Below, in pieces: positions 38,190-48,431 of a stretch of 64,000 bases of DNA. Positions within the stretch are counted from its first letter, which is position 1. Every line of letters begins with the position of its first letter. The DNA lies in assembly GCA_002409585.1 (NCBI GenBank), contig DHNP01000017.1, positions 56,468-120,467 on the forward strand, in the 5' to 3' direction. A program made the position numbers and the translations under genes. The notes under the pieces were generated by a model, which saw only the letters and a program-made list of their open reading frames with translations, ran no database searches and had not been told where the DNA came from. This DNA comes from Ruminococcaceae bacterium UBA5413 (GTDB lineage: Bacteria; Bacillota; Clostridia; Oscillospirales; Acutalibacteraceae).

Positions 38190-39013
38190 GGCTGGCTTTC
38201 CTTATCAGAGTCGTCATGGCTTTGGGAAGAAGCTACAATCACGTTTGTAACCGATTGGAACGAGTCGACATCCTCTTTTTCGATGCCGTCGTCGGTTATC
38301 AGGGCGGTAATGCTTTGCAGGTCGCTTATCTTTGCAAATGTTACCGTGCCTATCTTGCTGCTGTCGCTGAGGACATAAATTTCGCAGCTTGAGGTAAGCA
38401 CCTGCTGTATGCCGAGCGCATTGTCAAGGTTAGGCGTTGTGACGCCGTTTCTAAGCGTAACGCCGTTGCAGGAAACAAACGCCTTGTCTATATTCAGCCG
38501 TCCCAGCAATTCGCTTTTGATGGGCGATATTATGCTGTGATATTTGTTGCGGACGAAACCGCCAAGTATAAATATAGTGTAGTCGGTGTTTTCTTCCAGC
38601 CATGAAGCAAAATGGATATCGTTCAATACTACGGTCAGGTTTTTTCTCTGCGGCAGCAGTTTTATGAGTTCTCCTGACGTCGTCCCGGATGTTATGGCTA
38701 TGGTGTCGCCGTCCTCAATAAGCTGCAGCGCTTCACGTGCGATGGACCTTTTTTGGTTCAGCATTTTTGATTCCTTTGTAGCCGGAAGCAGCTCCCTGCT
38801 GGTTTTTGTGTTGCTTATTGCGCCGCCGTGGGTTCTCGTTAAAAGATGCTCGTTTTCAAGGTCCCTTAAATCGTTCCTTATGGTCGAGGCGGATACTCCA
38901 AAGATATCGCATAGTTCCGGAACTACAATTTTGCCGCGGTTGTTTATTAATTCGATTATTTTGCCTTTGCGTTCTTCGGCAAACATTGTGGTATTGTTTT
39001 GCTCGCAATCCAT
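38174..39013 (-). CDS. DeoR/GlpR family transcriptional regulator
   Basis: ERKGKII...VSASTIRNDL...RTHGGA HTH, SGTT, and DSSKIG sensor domain. Confidence 0.93.
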   Translation of the reverse strand: MDCEQNNTTMFAEERKGKIIELINNRGKIVVPELCDIFGVSASTIRNDLRDLENEHLLTRTHGGAISNTKTSRELLPATKESKMLNQKRSIAREALQLIEDGDTIAITSGTTSGELIKLLPQRKNLTVVLNDIHFASWLEENTDYTIFILGGFVRNKYHSIISPIKSELLGRLNIDKAFVSCNGVTLRNGVTTPNLDNALGIQQVLTSSCEIYVLSDSSKIGTVTFAKISDLQSITALITDDGIEKEDVDSFQSVTNVIVASSQSHDDSDKESQPCDSY

Positions 39014-39113
39014 ATGTTATCATCTCCATTCCGTACATTCTCATTTTAACAAAGTAAACTGCTATTGTAAATAGCTTTTTAGCATTTGATACGATATTTT
39101 AAGATATTTTCAC

Positions 39114-39143
39114 TTGACACGCGTATTATTTATTGATTATAAT
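39114..39143 (+). promoter_or_regulatory. sigmaA promoter of the transketolase operon
   Basis: Perfect TTGACA-N18-TATAAT. Confidence 0.7.
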
Positions 39144-39274
39144 AAAATACGTTAATAAATAGTACTATATAATACAATACAGCAACAGACAAACAGCGGC
39201 AAGCCTTTAACAACAATGTGCATAAACTGCGGTGCAGAAATTCATTTAATGCGGAAAAGATGATGATATTTATT

Positions 39275-40123
39275 ATGGAAAAAGAAATAGACAGAAAGAA
39301 GTTGGAACTTTTAGCCGCGCGCATACGCCTTGAAAGCATAAGGGCCATGCACGCAAGCGGCGGCGGGCACGTAGGCGGCTGTATGTCCATCGCCGAAGTG
39401 CTTGCGGTACTTTACGGCGGCATAATGCATTACAATCCGGAAAACCCGAAGGCTGAACCGCGGGATAAGCTTGTCCTTTCAAAGGGCCACTGCGGCCCGG
39501 CTCTTTACGCGGCGCTTGCGCTGTCGGGTTTTTTCCCGCTGGAGGAGCTCCTTACGCTGAACAAAAACGGCACGCGCCTGCCGAGCCACTGCGACATGCG
39601 TAAAACGCCGGGCATAGATATGACGACAGGCTCCCTCGGGCAGGGCGCTTCAACCGCGGCGGGGCTTGCGCTTGGGAAAAAGATGAAGAGCGAACCGGGC
39701 AATGTTTTTCTGATTTTAGGCGACGGAGAGTGCGATGAAGGCCAGGTGTGGGAAATGGTTATGTTTGCAAAGCAGCGCCGTCTTGACAACCTTATAACAT
39801 TTGTAGACCTTAACCATCAGCAGCTTGACGGTTATACGGAGGATATATGCAGTATGGGCGGCTTATGCGGCAGGTTTACTTCTTTCGGCTGGGAAAGCTG
39901 CATCATAAACGGCAATGACGTATGCGCCGTTTATGATGCAGCGGCTAAGGCTGTGCTCAGGCACAGCGGTTCCCCCTCGTGCATTGTTTTAGATACTGTC
40001 AAGGGAAAAGGGTGGAGCCTTACCGAAGGCAAAACAGGCATACACCATATGGCGGTGACAGACGGCATGATGGCTGAAGCGGAAAAAGAATTTGCGTTTG
40101 CGTTTGACAAAAGCGTAACCTGA
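39275..40123 (+). CDS. Transketolase, N-terminal (ThDP-binding) subunit
   Basis: GHVGG, SKGH, TGSLGQG, GDGE-x-N ThDP motif and TVKGKG. The start may be 39260. Confidence 0.92.
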   Translation: MEKEIDRKKLELLAARIRLESIRAMHASGGGHVGGCMSIAEVLAVLYGGIMHYNPENPKAEPRDKLVLSKGHCGPALYAALALSGFFPLEELLTLNKNGTRLPSHCDMRKTPGIDMTTGSLGQGASTAAGLALGKKMKSEPGNVFLILGDGECDEGQVWEMVMFAKQRRLDNLITFVDLNHQQLDGYTEDICSMGGLCGRFTSFGWESCIINGNDVCAVYDAAAKAVLRHSGSPSCIVLDTVKGKGWSLTEGKTGIHHMAVTDGMMAEAEKEFAFAFDKSVT

Positions 40124-40140
40124 GGAAAGCGGAGGAATTT

Positions 40141-41094
40141 ATGGAATTATCGGAATATAGCGTTGATATGCGGACATCGCTTTGCAGCACGCTTATAGAA
40201 CTTTCAAAAAACAACGGTAATATCGTATGGCTTGATGCCGATCTGCTGGCTTCAAGCGGCATGATGAAGTTTAAGGAAGCTTTTCCGGAGCGCGTTATAG
40301 ACTGCGGCATACAGGAAGCAAACATGATGGGTGTTGCGTGCGGCCTGTCGGCCGAGGGCATGGTGCCGTTTGTACACTCGTTCGCGCCTTTCAGCAGCCG
40401 CCGCATAGCGGACCAAATTTTTGTTTCCGGCATATATGCCGGCCAGTCGGTGCGCATAGTTGGCAGTGACCCGGGCATTTTGGCAGGCCCTAACGGAGGC
40501 ACCCATATAAGCCTTGAAGACATGGCTATTCTTCGTTCAATGCCGGGGACCGTTGTGCTGGATCCGTGCGATGCGGCGCAGCTTACGGGCGTTATTAAGA
40601 ATACCGTCTCTGAAAAAGGCATTTACTATATACGCCTTGCAAGGAAAAGTAAGGTGAAGTTTTACAGCAGTGGGCAGAACTTTACAGTAGGGAAGGCAGT
40701 GGTGTACAGGGAAGGGTCTGACGTAACCATAATAGCGGCCGGTGCGGTATGTATGGCTGAAGCCGTAAAAGCGGCGGGCATTTTACACGAAGACGGCATA
40801 GAAGCGCGCATACTTGATATGTTCACGGTTAAACCGCTGGACAGTGAAGCGGTTCTGCGGGCTGCCGCGGAAACACGTGCCGTAATCACACTTGAAAACC
40901 ACAATATTTTAAACGGCCTCGGTTCGGCTGTCGCAGAAGTAATAGCGGAAAACAGCTGCGGCGTCCTTTTTAAGCGCATGGGAGTACCGGACTGTAAAGG
41001 TGAAGTGGGTACGCTGGAGTACCTGCTTGAAAAGTTCCATATGTCCGCTTCATATGTTGCGGATACCGCAAAAAAAATGTTAAAGGGAGGATAA
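40141..41094 (+). CDS. Transketolase, C-terminal subunit
   Basis: [26 protein letters not shown] and [10 protein letters not shown] motifs. Confidence 0.92.
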   Translation: MELSEYSVDMRTSLCSTLIELSKNNGNIVWLDADLLASSGMMKFKEAFPERVIDCGIQEANMMGVACGLSAEGMVPFVHSFAPFSSRRIADQIFVSGIYAGQSVRIVGSDPGILAGPNGGTHISLEDMAILRSMPGTVVLDPCDAAQLTGVIKNTVSEKGIYYIRLARKSKVKFYSSGQNFTVGKAVVYREGSDVTIIAAGAVCMAEAVKAAGILHEDGIEARILDMFTVKPLDSEAVLRAAAETRAVITLENHNILNGLGSAVAEVIAENSCGVLFKRMGVPDCKGEVGTLEYLLEKFHMSASYVADTAKKMLKGG

Positions 41095-41102
41095 TAAATA
41101 AA

Positions 41103-41765
41103 GTGGATAAAGAAAAAATTTTAAAGTGCGTTGACCACACAATATTATCACAGACGGCAACATGGGATGAGGTACAAAAGATCTGCGACGACGCAATGCT
41201 GTACCATACGGCATCGGTATGCATACCGCCGTGCTTTGTAAGTAAAGCAAAAAAGTACGTGGGCAGCCGTATGGCGGTGTGCACCGTCATAGGTTTTCCC
41301 AACGGCTACAGCACGACGGCGGTTAAAGAAGCAGAAACGGGGGATGCCGTCGAAAACGGCGCGGACGAGATTGACATGGTCATTAATTTAGGCTGGGTAA
41401 AAGAAAAAAGATACGACAGCCTTTTAAACGAAATTAAGGCGGTAAAAGCGGCATGCGGCGGGAAAATATTGAAAGTGATTATAGAAGCGTGCCTCCTGAC
41501 GGAAGAAGAAAAGATCAGTATGTGCCGCGTTGTGACGGAGTCAGGCGCTGACTTTATCAAAACTTCAACCGGCTTTTCAACTGGCGGCGCCACTTTTGAA
41601 GACGTAGCCCTGTTTAAAAAATATATTGGCGGGAACGTAAGGATAAAAGCCGCCGGAGGTATACGCTCTTTTGAGGATGCTGAAAAATTCATCAGGCTCG
41701 GCGCTTCAAGGCTTGGGACAAGCAGGCTTGTAAATCTGGTAAAGGGCGCGCGGAAGCCTGAATAA
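41103..41765 (+). CDS. deoC: Deoxyribose-phosphate aldolase
   Basis: [32 protein letters not shown] and KAAGGIR motifs. Confidence 0.92.
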   Translation: MDKEKILKCVDHTILSQTATWDEVQKICDDAMLYHTASVCIPPCFVSKAKKYVGSRMAVCTVIGFPNGYSTTAVKEAETGDAVENGADEIDMVINLGWVKEKRYDSLLNEIKAVKAACGGKILKVIIEACLLTEEEKISMCRVVTESGADFIKTSTGFSTGGATFEDVALFKKYIGGNVRIKAAGGIRSFEDAEKFIRLGASRLGTSRLVNLVKGARKPE

Positions 41766-41782
41766 TATCGGAGGAAAATGCC

Positions 41783-42727
41783 ATGGATATTTTCTGTATA
41801 GGGGAAGCGGTGATTGACTTTCTCCCGGGCGGGGAACCCGCAAGCTATATACGCAATTTAGGCGGGGCGCCTGCCAACGTTGCCATTGCCGTTTCGCGCA
41901 ACGGCCTGGAGGCGGGTTTTTGCGGGAAAGTGGGCGACGATGACTTCGGGCGCTTTCTTGTAAGCACGCTTAAAGAAAATGGCGTTAGGTACTTATGCGA
42001 CGGCTTCTGCGGCAGTGCCGTTACTACAATGGCGTTTGTAACTCTTACCGGCGGCGGGGAGCGTTCGTTTACTTTTGCGCGCAAGCCCGGCGCTGATATG
42101 TTCTTAACAAAAGAAGATGTAAAGAAAACAGACATAGAGTCAGCGACGGTAGTGCACGCCGGCTCGTGCTCGCTTTCGGCTGAGCCGGCGGCGTCGGCTA
42201 CCTTTTATGCGCTCAGGCTTGCCGGAAGCATGGGCAAGATCGTAAGCTTTGACGTTAATTACCGGAACCTCATGTGGAAAAATGACAGCAAAGCCGCGGC
42301 TGAAAAAATATTTGAGGTTCTGCCGTATGTTGATTTACTAAAAGTTTCGGAAGAAGAAGCCGCGATGCTTGGCGGCGAGGACGGTTTTTTTAACCTTATG
42401 GAAAGTAACGGCCTGTCTGCCGTTGTTGAAACACTCGGACCTGAAGGCGCTGTGTGCTACTTTAAAGGCGGAACCTTAAGGGTGGGGGGGACTTCGGCAA
42501 AGCCGGTTGACACAACCGGAGCAGGAGATGCCTTTTGGGCCGGCTTCCTCTCAAAACTCGTCATGCAGGGAATGGGGCGCGTTTCGGATCTGACGGAAGA
42601 AAAAATTAAAAAGGCAATGGAGTACGGCAACGTGGCTGGCTCGCTGTGCATACTTTCTAAAGGCGCCATATCGTCGCTGCCCACACGTGCCATGGTAGAA
42701 AAATATTTAGAAAAAGGGTTTGATTAA
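41783..42727 (+). CDS. PfkB family carbohydrate kinase (fructokinase-like)
   Basis: GGAPANVA, SFDVNYR and DTTGAGDAF motifs. Confidence 0.92.
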   Translation: MDIFCIGEAVIDFLPGGEPASYIRNLGGAPANVAIAVSRNGLEAGFCGKVGDDDFGRFLVSTLKENGVRYLCDGFCGSAVTTMAFVTLTGGGERSFTFARKPGADMFLTKEDVKKTDIESATVVHAGSCSLSAEPAASATFYALRLAGSMGKIVSFDVNYRNLMWKNDSKAAAEKIFEVLPYVDLLKVSEEEAAMLGGEDGFFNLMESNGLSAVVETLGPEGAVCYFKGGTLRVGGTSAKPVDTTGAGDAFWAGFLSKLVMQGMGRVSDLTEEKIKKAMEYGNVAGSLCILSKGAISSLPTRAMVEKYLEKGFD

Positions 42728-42729
42728 AA

Positions 42730-43434
42730 GTGAACAGCGTCTGGCAGGAACCGTGTATTTTTTCACCTTCGCTTATTTGTTTTGATTTGTGCAATCTGGA
42801 AGAACAGGTACATACGCTGGAGCGTTTGGGCGTGAAAGTCCTGCATGTTGATATTTTGGACGGTCATTTCAGCCCGAGCATGCCGCTTGGCCTTGACACG
42901 GTGAGGCAGCTGCGCGCGAAAACCGACATGGAATTTGACTGCCACGTTATGACAACGCGCAATGAATTTTTTGTAGATGAGCTTTTGGACATAGGCGTGC
43001 AGCAAATTGTTTTTCATGTTGAGACTGAACCGCACGCGGACGGGCTTTTAAACAAAATACGCGCGCGCGGGGTAAGGGCGGGAGTTGCCCTTAAACCTGC
43101 CACACCGCTTGACAGCCTGGACTTTATTATTGAAAAGTGCGATACCGTGCTTTTAATGCTGATAAATCCCGGGTACGCGTCAAGTTCGTCTGAAAAGCAG
43201 GCTGTTTACGCTGAACGTAAAATAAAACAGTTAAGTGATATTATCAGCGGCAGGGAACTTGGTACAAAAATAGAAATTGACGGGCGTGTATCTGAAGAAA
43301 ATATCAAGAAGTACGGCGGAAGTGAGGTCGGCATCTTTGTCACCGGCAGCACGTGCATAAAGAAAAGCGATATTGAAGGTTCGGTTAAAAACCTTAATAA
43401 TATCCGCCGAAGCATTGTAGGCGGAGAGCTGTGA
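42730..43434 (+). CDS. Ribulose-phosphate 3-epimerase family protein, AlsE (allulose-6-P 3-epimerase)-like
   Basis: SPSLIC, HVDILDGHF, DCHVM, MLINPG and IEIDG motifs. GTG start. Confidence 0.8.
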   Translation: MNSVWQEPCIFSPSLICFDLCNLEEQVHTLERLGVKVLHVDILDGHFSPSMPLGLDTVRQLRAKTDMEFDCHVMTTRNEFFVDELLDIGVQQIVFHVETEPHADGLLNKIRARGVRAGVALKPATPLDSLDFIIEKCDTVLLMLINPGYASSSSEKQAVYAERKIKQLSDIISGRELGTKIEIDGRVSEENIKKYGGSEVGIFVTGSTCIKKSDIEGSVKNLNNIRRSIVGGEL

Positions 43435-43457
43435 AATGCATAAGAGGGAGGAAAGCA

Positions 43458-44027
43458 ATGGACTTTGAGGAAAGATATGAAGAAACCTGCGGCTGCGTGA
43501 TTGACGAACTGCAAAGGGCGCTGCGCAGCATAGACCCATCGTCGGTTGAACGGCTTGCAAAGGCGGTGCTTGACGCAGACCAGGTGTTCTTTGTAGGCGT
43601 GGGGCGCGTTATGCTGTCGCTTCAGGCGGTAGCAAAAAGGCTTGCTCATATAGGCGTAAAGGCACACTGCGTCGGGGAGATAACCGAACCCGCCATAACC
43701 GAGAACGACCTTCTGATAGTCGGCTCAGGCAGCGGCTCGAGCCTGTTTCCGGTAGGCATTGCAAAAAAAGCGAAAAGCATACACTGCAAAATAATACATA
43801 TAGGCTCTAACCCTGACGGCGAGATGAAAGGTATAGCCGACTTTATGGTAAGGGTACCTGTGCGGACAAAGCTTTACCTAAGCGATGAAATCGACTCCGC
43901 ACAGCCTATGACGTCGCTTTTTGAACAGACGGTTCTGCTTTTGGGGGACATCGTCGCAAAAATGATAATTGACGAAAAGAAGATTGACATGAAAGCCCTG
44001 TGGAGATATCATGCCAATCTGGAATAG
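43458..44027 (+). CDS. hxlB: SIS-domain sugar-phosphate isomerase (6-phospho-3-hexuloisomerase-like)
   Basis: GVGRV, GSGSG and QPMTSLFEQ...HANLE C-terminus typical of the HxlB family. Confidence 0.8.
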   Translation: MDFEERYEETCGCVIDELQRALRSIDPSSVERLAKAVLDADQVFFVGVGRVMLSLQAVAKRLAHIGVKAHCVGEITEPAITENDLLIVGSGSGSSLFPVGIAKKAKSIHCKIIHIGSNPDGEMKGIADFMVRVPVRTKLYLSDEIDSAQPMTSLFEQTVLLLGDIVAKMIIDEKKIDMKALWRYHANLE

Positions 44028-44036
44028 GAGCGGCCC

Positions 44037-45098
44037 GTGGACAAGAAAACACTTATGAAATACACCGGCAGCCTGCAGCAGGCCGCTTACGTGCGGCCTG
44101 TGAGGTACACCGAGGGCCGCGCCGCCATGGATGCTTTCCAAATAAAGAACGGGAGCCTTATGTTTACCGTTATGGCGGATAAATGCCTTGATATAGGGGA
44201 ACTGTCATATAAAGGCATAAATTTTAATTTCCTGTCAAAGCCAGGCCTGAACGGAAGGAACCCGTTCGACACGGCAGGCAGCGAAGCGCAGAGAAGCATT
44301 ATGGGCGGGCTTTTTTTTACGGCCGGCCTTGAAAACATCTGCGCGCCGTGCACGTTGGGCGGACACGACTACCCTATGCACGGCAGAATGAGGACAACAC
44401 CCGCCGAGCATCTCTCGGGCGATGCCTTTTGGGATGGTGACAGCTACATCCTGACGGTTTCAGGTGAAATGCGTGAGGCGGAACTTTTTGGGGAAAACAT
44501 GCTGCTCCGCAGGAAAATTGAAACGAGGTACGGGGAAAAGTCGGTTACAGTGCATGATGAATTTGAAAACCTGTCGTTCAGGCCTGAGCCTATGATGCTC
44601 CTGTACCACTGCAATGTCGGGTTTCCGCTGCTTGACGGGAACTGCCGCGTCTTTCTGCCGGCAAAAAAGGTTACGCCGAGGGATGAAGCGGCGGCCTGCC
44701 ATATGGAAACGTGGAATAAGATGGAGCAGCCCTTGGACAACGAACCGGAGCGCGTCTATATTTTTGACCTTGCCGCGGATATGTACGGCAATACCATGGC
44801 CGCCGTCTTAAATATGGAAACATATATGGGACTTAAAATAGAGTGGAACCGGAAATACCTGCCGTACTTTATGGAATGGAAGTCTGTGGCGTCCGGCGAC
44901 TATGTAATTGGATTTGAGCCTGCTAATTCAAGCGTTTACGGCAGGCCTTATCATACAGCACACAAATGCCTGCACACGTTGGACCCGTTCTGCAAAGAAA
45001 CGATAAACCTTAAGTTTACTGCCATTGACGGAAAAGAAGAATGTTTGGAGACGGAAAGCAAAATTGAAAAATTACTGAAGGGAGATACTGAAAAATGA
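44037..45098 (+). CDS. DUF4432 / aldose 1-epimerase-like protein
   Basis: DKCLDI, GGLFFTAG, PMHGR, LYHCNVGFPL and GFEP motifs. Confidence 0.85.
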   Translation: MDKKTLMKYTGSLQQAAYVRPVRYTEGRAAMDAFQIKNGSLMFTVMADKCLDIGELSYKGINFNFLSKPGLNGRNPFDTAGSEAQRSIMGGLFFTAGLENICAPCTLGGHDYPMHGRMRTTPAEHLSGDAFWDGDSYILTVSGEMREAELFGENMLLRRKIETRYGEKSVTVHDEFENLSFRPEPMMLLYHCNVGFPLLDGNCRVFLPAKKVTPRDEAAACHMETWNKMEQPLDNEPERVYIFDLAADMYGNTMAAVLNMETYMGLKIEWNRKYLPYFMEWKSVASGDYVIGFEPANSSVYGRPYHTAHKCLHTLDPFCKETINLKFTAIDGKEECLETESKIEKLLKGDTEK

Positions 45099-45793
45099 AA
45101 AGGTCGGAAATAAACGCGGTTATTAAAAAATTCGAAGCACTTCTCGCACAGCATAATTTTGAACTGCCCCCGTTTTGCAAATTTACACCGGAAGAGTGGC
45201 AGTCAAAGAGCCGTGAGTACGATGAAATACGCGACAATATGCTCGGGTGGGACGTTACGGACTACGGCGAGGGGCACTACGACAAGCTGGGGCTTGCGCT
45301 CATTACCCTGCGCAACGGAAATTTCCATAAGAAAGATTTGTACCCTAAGGTTTTTGCAGAAAAAATAATGATGATTGAAGAAGGCCAGGTTTCCCCTATG
45401 CACTTCCATTGGAACAAGATGGAGGACATCATAAACAGGGGCGGCGGGAATATTGTCTTTAAACTTTATAATGCCGATAAAAACGAACAGCTTTCAGATA
45501 CCGACGTGACTGTTTTCCAGGACGGCAGAAATTACAAGGTGAAAGCGGGGCGGGAGATTATTCTTCACCCCGGTGAGAGCCTGACGCTTTATCCGTACTA
45601 TTACCACGAGTTTACCATTCAAAAAGGTTCGGGCACGACGCTTGTCGGTGAGGTTTCCATGACAAACGACGACAACACCGACAACCGTTTTTTAAAACCG
45701 TTAGGCAGGTTCCCCGTTATAGAGGAGGACGAACCGCCTTACAGGCTGCTCTGCACCGAGTACCCTGGCGCCGCGGGCAGCAGCGCGGGCTAA
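45095..45793 (+). CDS. D-lyxose/D-mannose isomerase (cupin, DUF1498 family)
   Basis: MKRSEIN, GWDVTDYG, TLRNG, PMHFHWNKMEDIINRGGG and GEVSMTNDDNTDN motifs. Confidence 0.9.
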   Translation: MKRSEINAVIKKFEALLAQHNFELPPFCKFTPEEWQSKSREYDEIRDNMLGWDVTDYGEGHYDKLGLALITLRNGNFHKKDLYPKVFAEKIMMIEEGQVSPMHFHWNKMEDIINRGGGNIVFKLYNADKNEQLSDTDVTVFQDGRNYKVKAGREIILHPGESLTLYPYYYHEFTIQKGSGTTLVGEVSMTNDDNTDNRFLKPLGRFPVIEEDEPPYRLLCTEYPGAAGSSAG

Positions 45794-45973
45794 GCGGCGG
45801 AAGGCAGGCGGTGCTTTTGCGTTATAATGTAATTAATTCCCGCTTCGGATTCAAAATGTTAATAAAAACTACGAATTAAGAATAAAAATTAAGATTGCGG
45901 AACTGCACGCCAATACTCACAAAAGAAATATGCACAAACCACTAAAAAGTGATAATTAAATATAATTTTATTG

Positions 45974-46002
45974 TTGACTTTTAGTGTGATATGATGTAAA
46001 AT
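45974..46002 (+). promoter_or_regulatory. sigmaA promoter of the sugar ABC operon
   Basis: TTGACT-N17-TAAAAT. Confidence 0.65.
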
Positions 46003-46151
46003 ACAGTTAACAACAGAAAACAAAACTAATCTGCTTAGAAACCCAGTACAAATACAGCAAAACGAGACAAAACAATAGTAAACCAACAAACGTCTATTAA
46101 AAAAGACGTTTCAGGAACAATGGCACTATTCAACACATGAAAGAGGGAGAA

Positions 46152-47288
46152 ATGAAAATGAAGGCAAAATTCGTAAGCGCGGTTCTTAGCGTCTTTCTGT
46201 TAATATCCACATTAGCGGGATGCTCCGGGGGAGGGACCGCTTCATCGGCGGCAAGCGGCAGCACAGCTTCAAAGGAATCTTCTGCTGCGTCTGATACTTC
46301 GGCAGAGTCTGACGATGACGTTTACCACTTGGGTATATGCGTACATTCCCTTGACAACGAGTATTGGGCGCAGGAAGCGGCCGGCGCGGAGCTTTTCGCT
46401 AAAAGCGTAAAAAATTGCAAATACGATGTTTTGACCTGCAACAGCGACGACAACAAGCAGATTCAAGGTATTAAAGATTACATAGCGCGTTACGGCAAAA
46501 AGGCCATTTTTGTAGTTGACCCGTCTTCTACGGCAAACACCGCGAATATCGCGGATGTATGTGAACAGTCCGGCAACTATGTCGTTATACTTGCCCACAG
46601 GGCTGACGGCCTGTACCCTAAAGATTACCCGCACTTTGTTGTAAGCCTTATGCTTTCAGACTATGACAACGGCTACAAAACCGCATGTAAGCTTTTTGAC
46701 TCCATCGGCGGTAAAGGCGAGGTCTGTGAGCTTCAGGGGCAGCTTGGCGACGACAGCGCGGCAAACCGCCACAAGGGCTTTGAGGCTGCGCTTAAAAAGT
46801 ATCCGAACATAAAGTGCGTAGACACGCAGGTTGCCAACTGGGAACAGTCCAAGGCGATGAGCCTTACGGAAGAATGGCTTGTAAGCCACCCGAACATAAA
46901 GGCGATTTACAGCGCAAACGACACGATGGCGCTCGGAGCTGTAGAGGCGCTTAAAAACAAAGGCATGAACACAAAGATTGCGGTCTGCGGCTGCGACGGA
47001 ACTAAAGCTGCGCTGAATGAAATCAAAGCGGGCAACATGCTCTGCACAATAGCAAACAACGGCTTCTGCATTGCCGGCTACGGTGCTTCCTATGCTTATC
47101 AGGCGGCTACCGGCACGCTGGACGTTTCATCCATGGATCCGGCTAAACGCTTGATTTATTGCAAAACGACATATGTAGACAGCTCAAACGTAGATGACGT
47201 AATCGACAAATTTATTACGAAAGGCGATCCCGGATACGATTATTCAGACCTTAGTTACTGCATCGACAGCTACCAGAAAGTCTCATAA
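46152..47288 (+). CDS. Sugar ABC transporter substrate-binding lipoprotein (RbsB-like)
   Basis: LAGC lipobox, Ser/Ala linker, NRHKGF, ANWE and NDTMALGA. The start is 46152 or 46158. Confidence 0.9.
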   Translation: MKMKAKFVSAVLSVFLLISTLAGCSGGGTASSAASGSTASKESSAASDTSAESDDDVYHLGICVHSLDNEYWAQEAAGAELFAKSVKNCKYDVLTCNSDDNKQIQGIKDYIARYGKKAIFVVDPSSTANTANIADVCEQSGNYVVILAHRADGLYPKDYPHFVVSLMLSDYDNGYKTACKLFDSIGGKGEVCELQGQLGDDSAANRHKGFEAALKKYPNIKCVDTQVANWEQSKAMSLTEEWLVSHPNIKAIYSANDTMALGAVEALKNKGMNTKIAVCGCDGTKAALNEIKAGNMLCTIANNGFCIAGYGASYAYQAATGTLDVSSMDPAKRLIYCKTTYVDSSNVDDVIDKFITKGDPGYDYSDLSYCIDSYQKVS

Positions 47289-47322
47289 AAGCAGCATGGC
47301 TTTTTGATAAATGAAATGAAAG

Positions 47323-47358
47323 TTTGGGCTCTCCAAGCGTAGGTGAGCCCAAATTTTT
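47323..47358 (+). terminator. Hairpin between the SBP and permease genes (terminator or mRNA stabiliser)
   Basis: TTTGGGCTC...GAGCCCAAA plus T5. Confidence 0.6.
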
Positions 47359-47392
47359 GGTAAAAGTACAAATAAGGAGGGTATCTGTTTAG

Positions 47393-48418
47393 ATGAAGAA
47401 AAAATTGGTTGAATATATGGGATCTTCAACAGTGGCCCAGCAGTTTACGTATAAAGTCAAACTGGACGCGAAAAATGAAAAAATCCGGCGGTATGCCCCG
47501 CTTATCCTGCTTATAGTTATGACGATAATATGTGCATCAAGCCAAAAAAGTTTTTTTACATGGGGCAATATCGTTAACCTCATGTACCAGATGTCTATCC
47601 CTTTGGTTATATCTGTAGGCCTGACTTATGTTTTGCTGCTTGGCAGCATAGACCTTTCTATCGAGGGTGTTATGGGTTTTGCGGGCTCGCTGGTTGCCTA
47701 CCTCGTTTTAAACCGTACCAACAGCAACAATTTCGGTATTTGGGGCATTATTTTTGTTATTATACTCTGCACGCTTGTAGGCGCTTTCACAGGGGTACTT
47801 CACGTAAAGGCAAGGATAGCCTCGTTTATAGTTACATATGCCATAGGGTGCATAATGACAGGCTTTGCGGTGCTTGTCTATAACAGCAACCCCATACAGG
47901 TTTCGGAGCCTTTGTTCGACAGCATTTCAAGAGGAAGCTTTTTACAGATCCCGTATATAACACTTATCTCTTTCCTTATTTTCCTCATAGGCGCGGTCAT
48001 CTTAAAGTACACCGCGTTCGGACGCGCCGTATATGCCATAGGAGACAACGAGGTGGCTACACGCTCCGCTGGTATTAATGTTGATTTGGTGAAAATAAAG
48101 GTCTTTGCGCTTTGCGCGTGCACCGCGTGCCTTGCAGGCATTTTGCAGTGCGTAAGACTTAAGATAGGGCAGTCCAGCCTCGGCACCGACCAAATGTTCC
48201 CGGTAGTAACGGCCATTGTCGTCGGAGGCGGCAGCCTTTACGGAGGCAAAGGCGGAGCGTTCCAATCGTTTATAGGCGTTTTGATTTACACGGAGCTGGC
48301 CAACTGGCTTACTTTGATGGGTGTTGACCCTTATTTCAAGGAAGTTATTTTGGGCTTGATTATAATAATAGCCGTTACGCTTACTATTGAACGCAACCGT
48401 CAGACGATATCGAAATGA
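47393..48418 (+). CDS. Sugar ABC transporter permease (RbsC-like)
   Basis: GSIDLS, FGRAVYAIGDN and AIVVGG motifs. Confidence 0.9.
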   Translation: MKKKLVEYMGSSTVAQQFTYKVKLDAKNEKIRRYAPLILLIVMTIICASSQKSFFTWGNIVNLMYQMSIPLVISVGLTYVLLLGSIDLSIEGVMGFAGSLVAYLVLNRTNSNNFGIWGIIFVIILCTLVGAFTGVLHVKARIASFIVTYAIGCIMTGFAVLVYNSNPIQVSEPLFDSISRGSFLQIPYITLISFLIFLIGAVILKYTAFGRAVYAIGDNEVATRSAGINVDLVKIKVFALCACTACLAGILQCVRLKIGQSSLGTDQMFPVVTAIVVGGGSLYGGKGGAFQSFIGVLIYTELANWLTLMGVDPYFKEVILGLIIIIAVTLTIERNRQTISK

Positions 48419-48431
48419 AGAGGGCCGGAGT

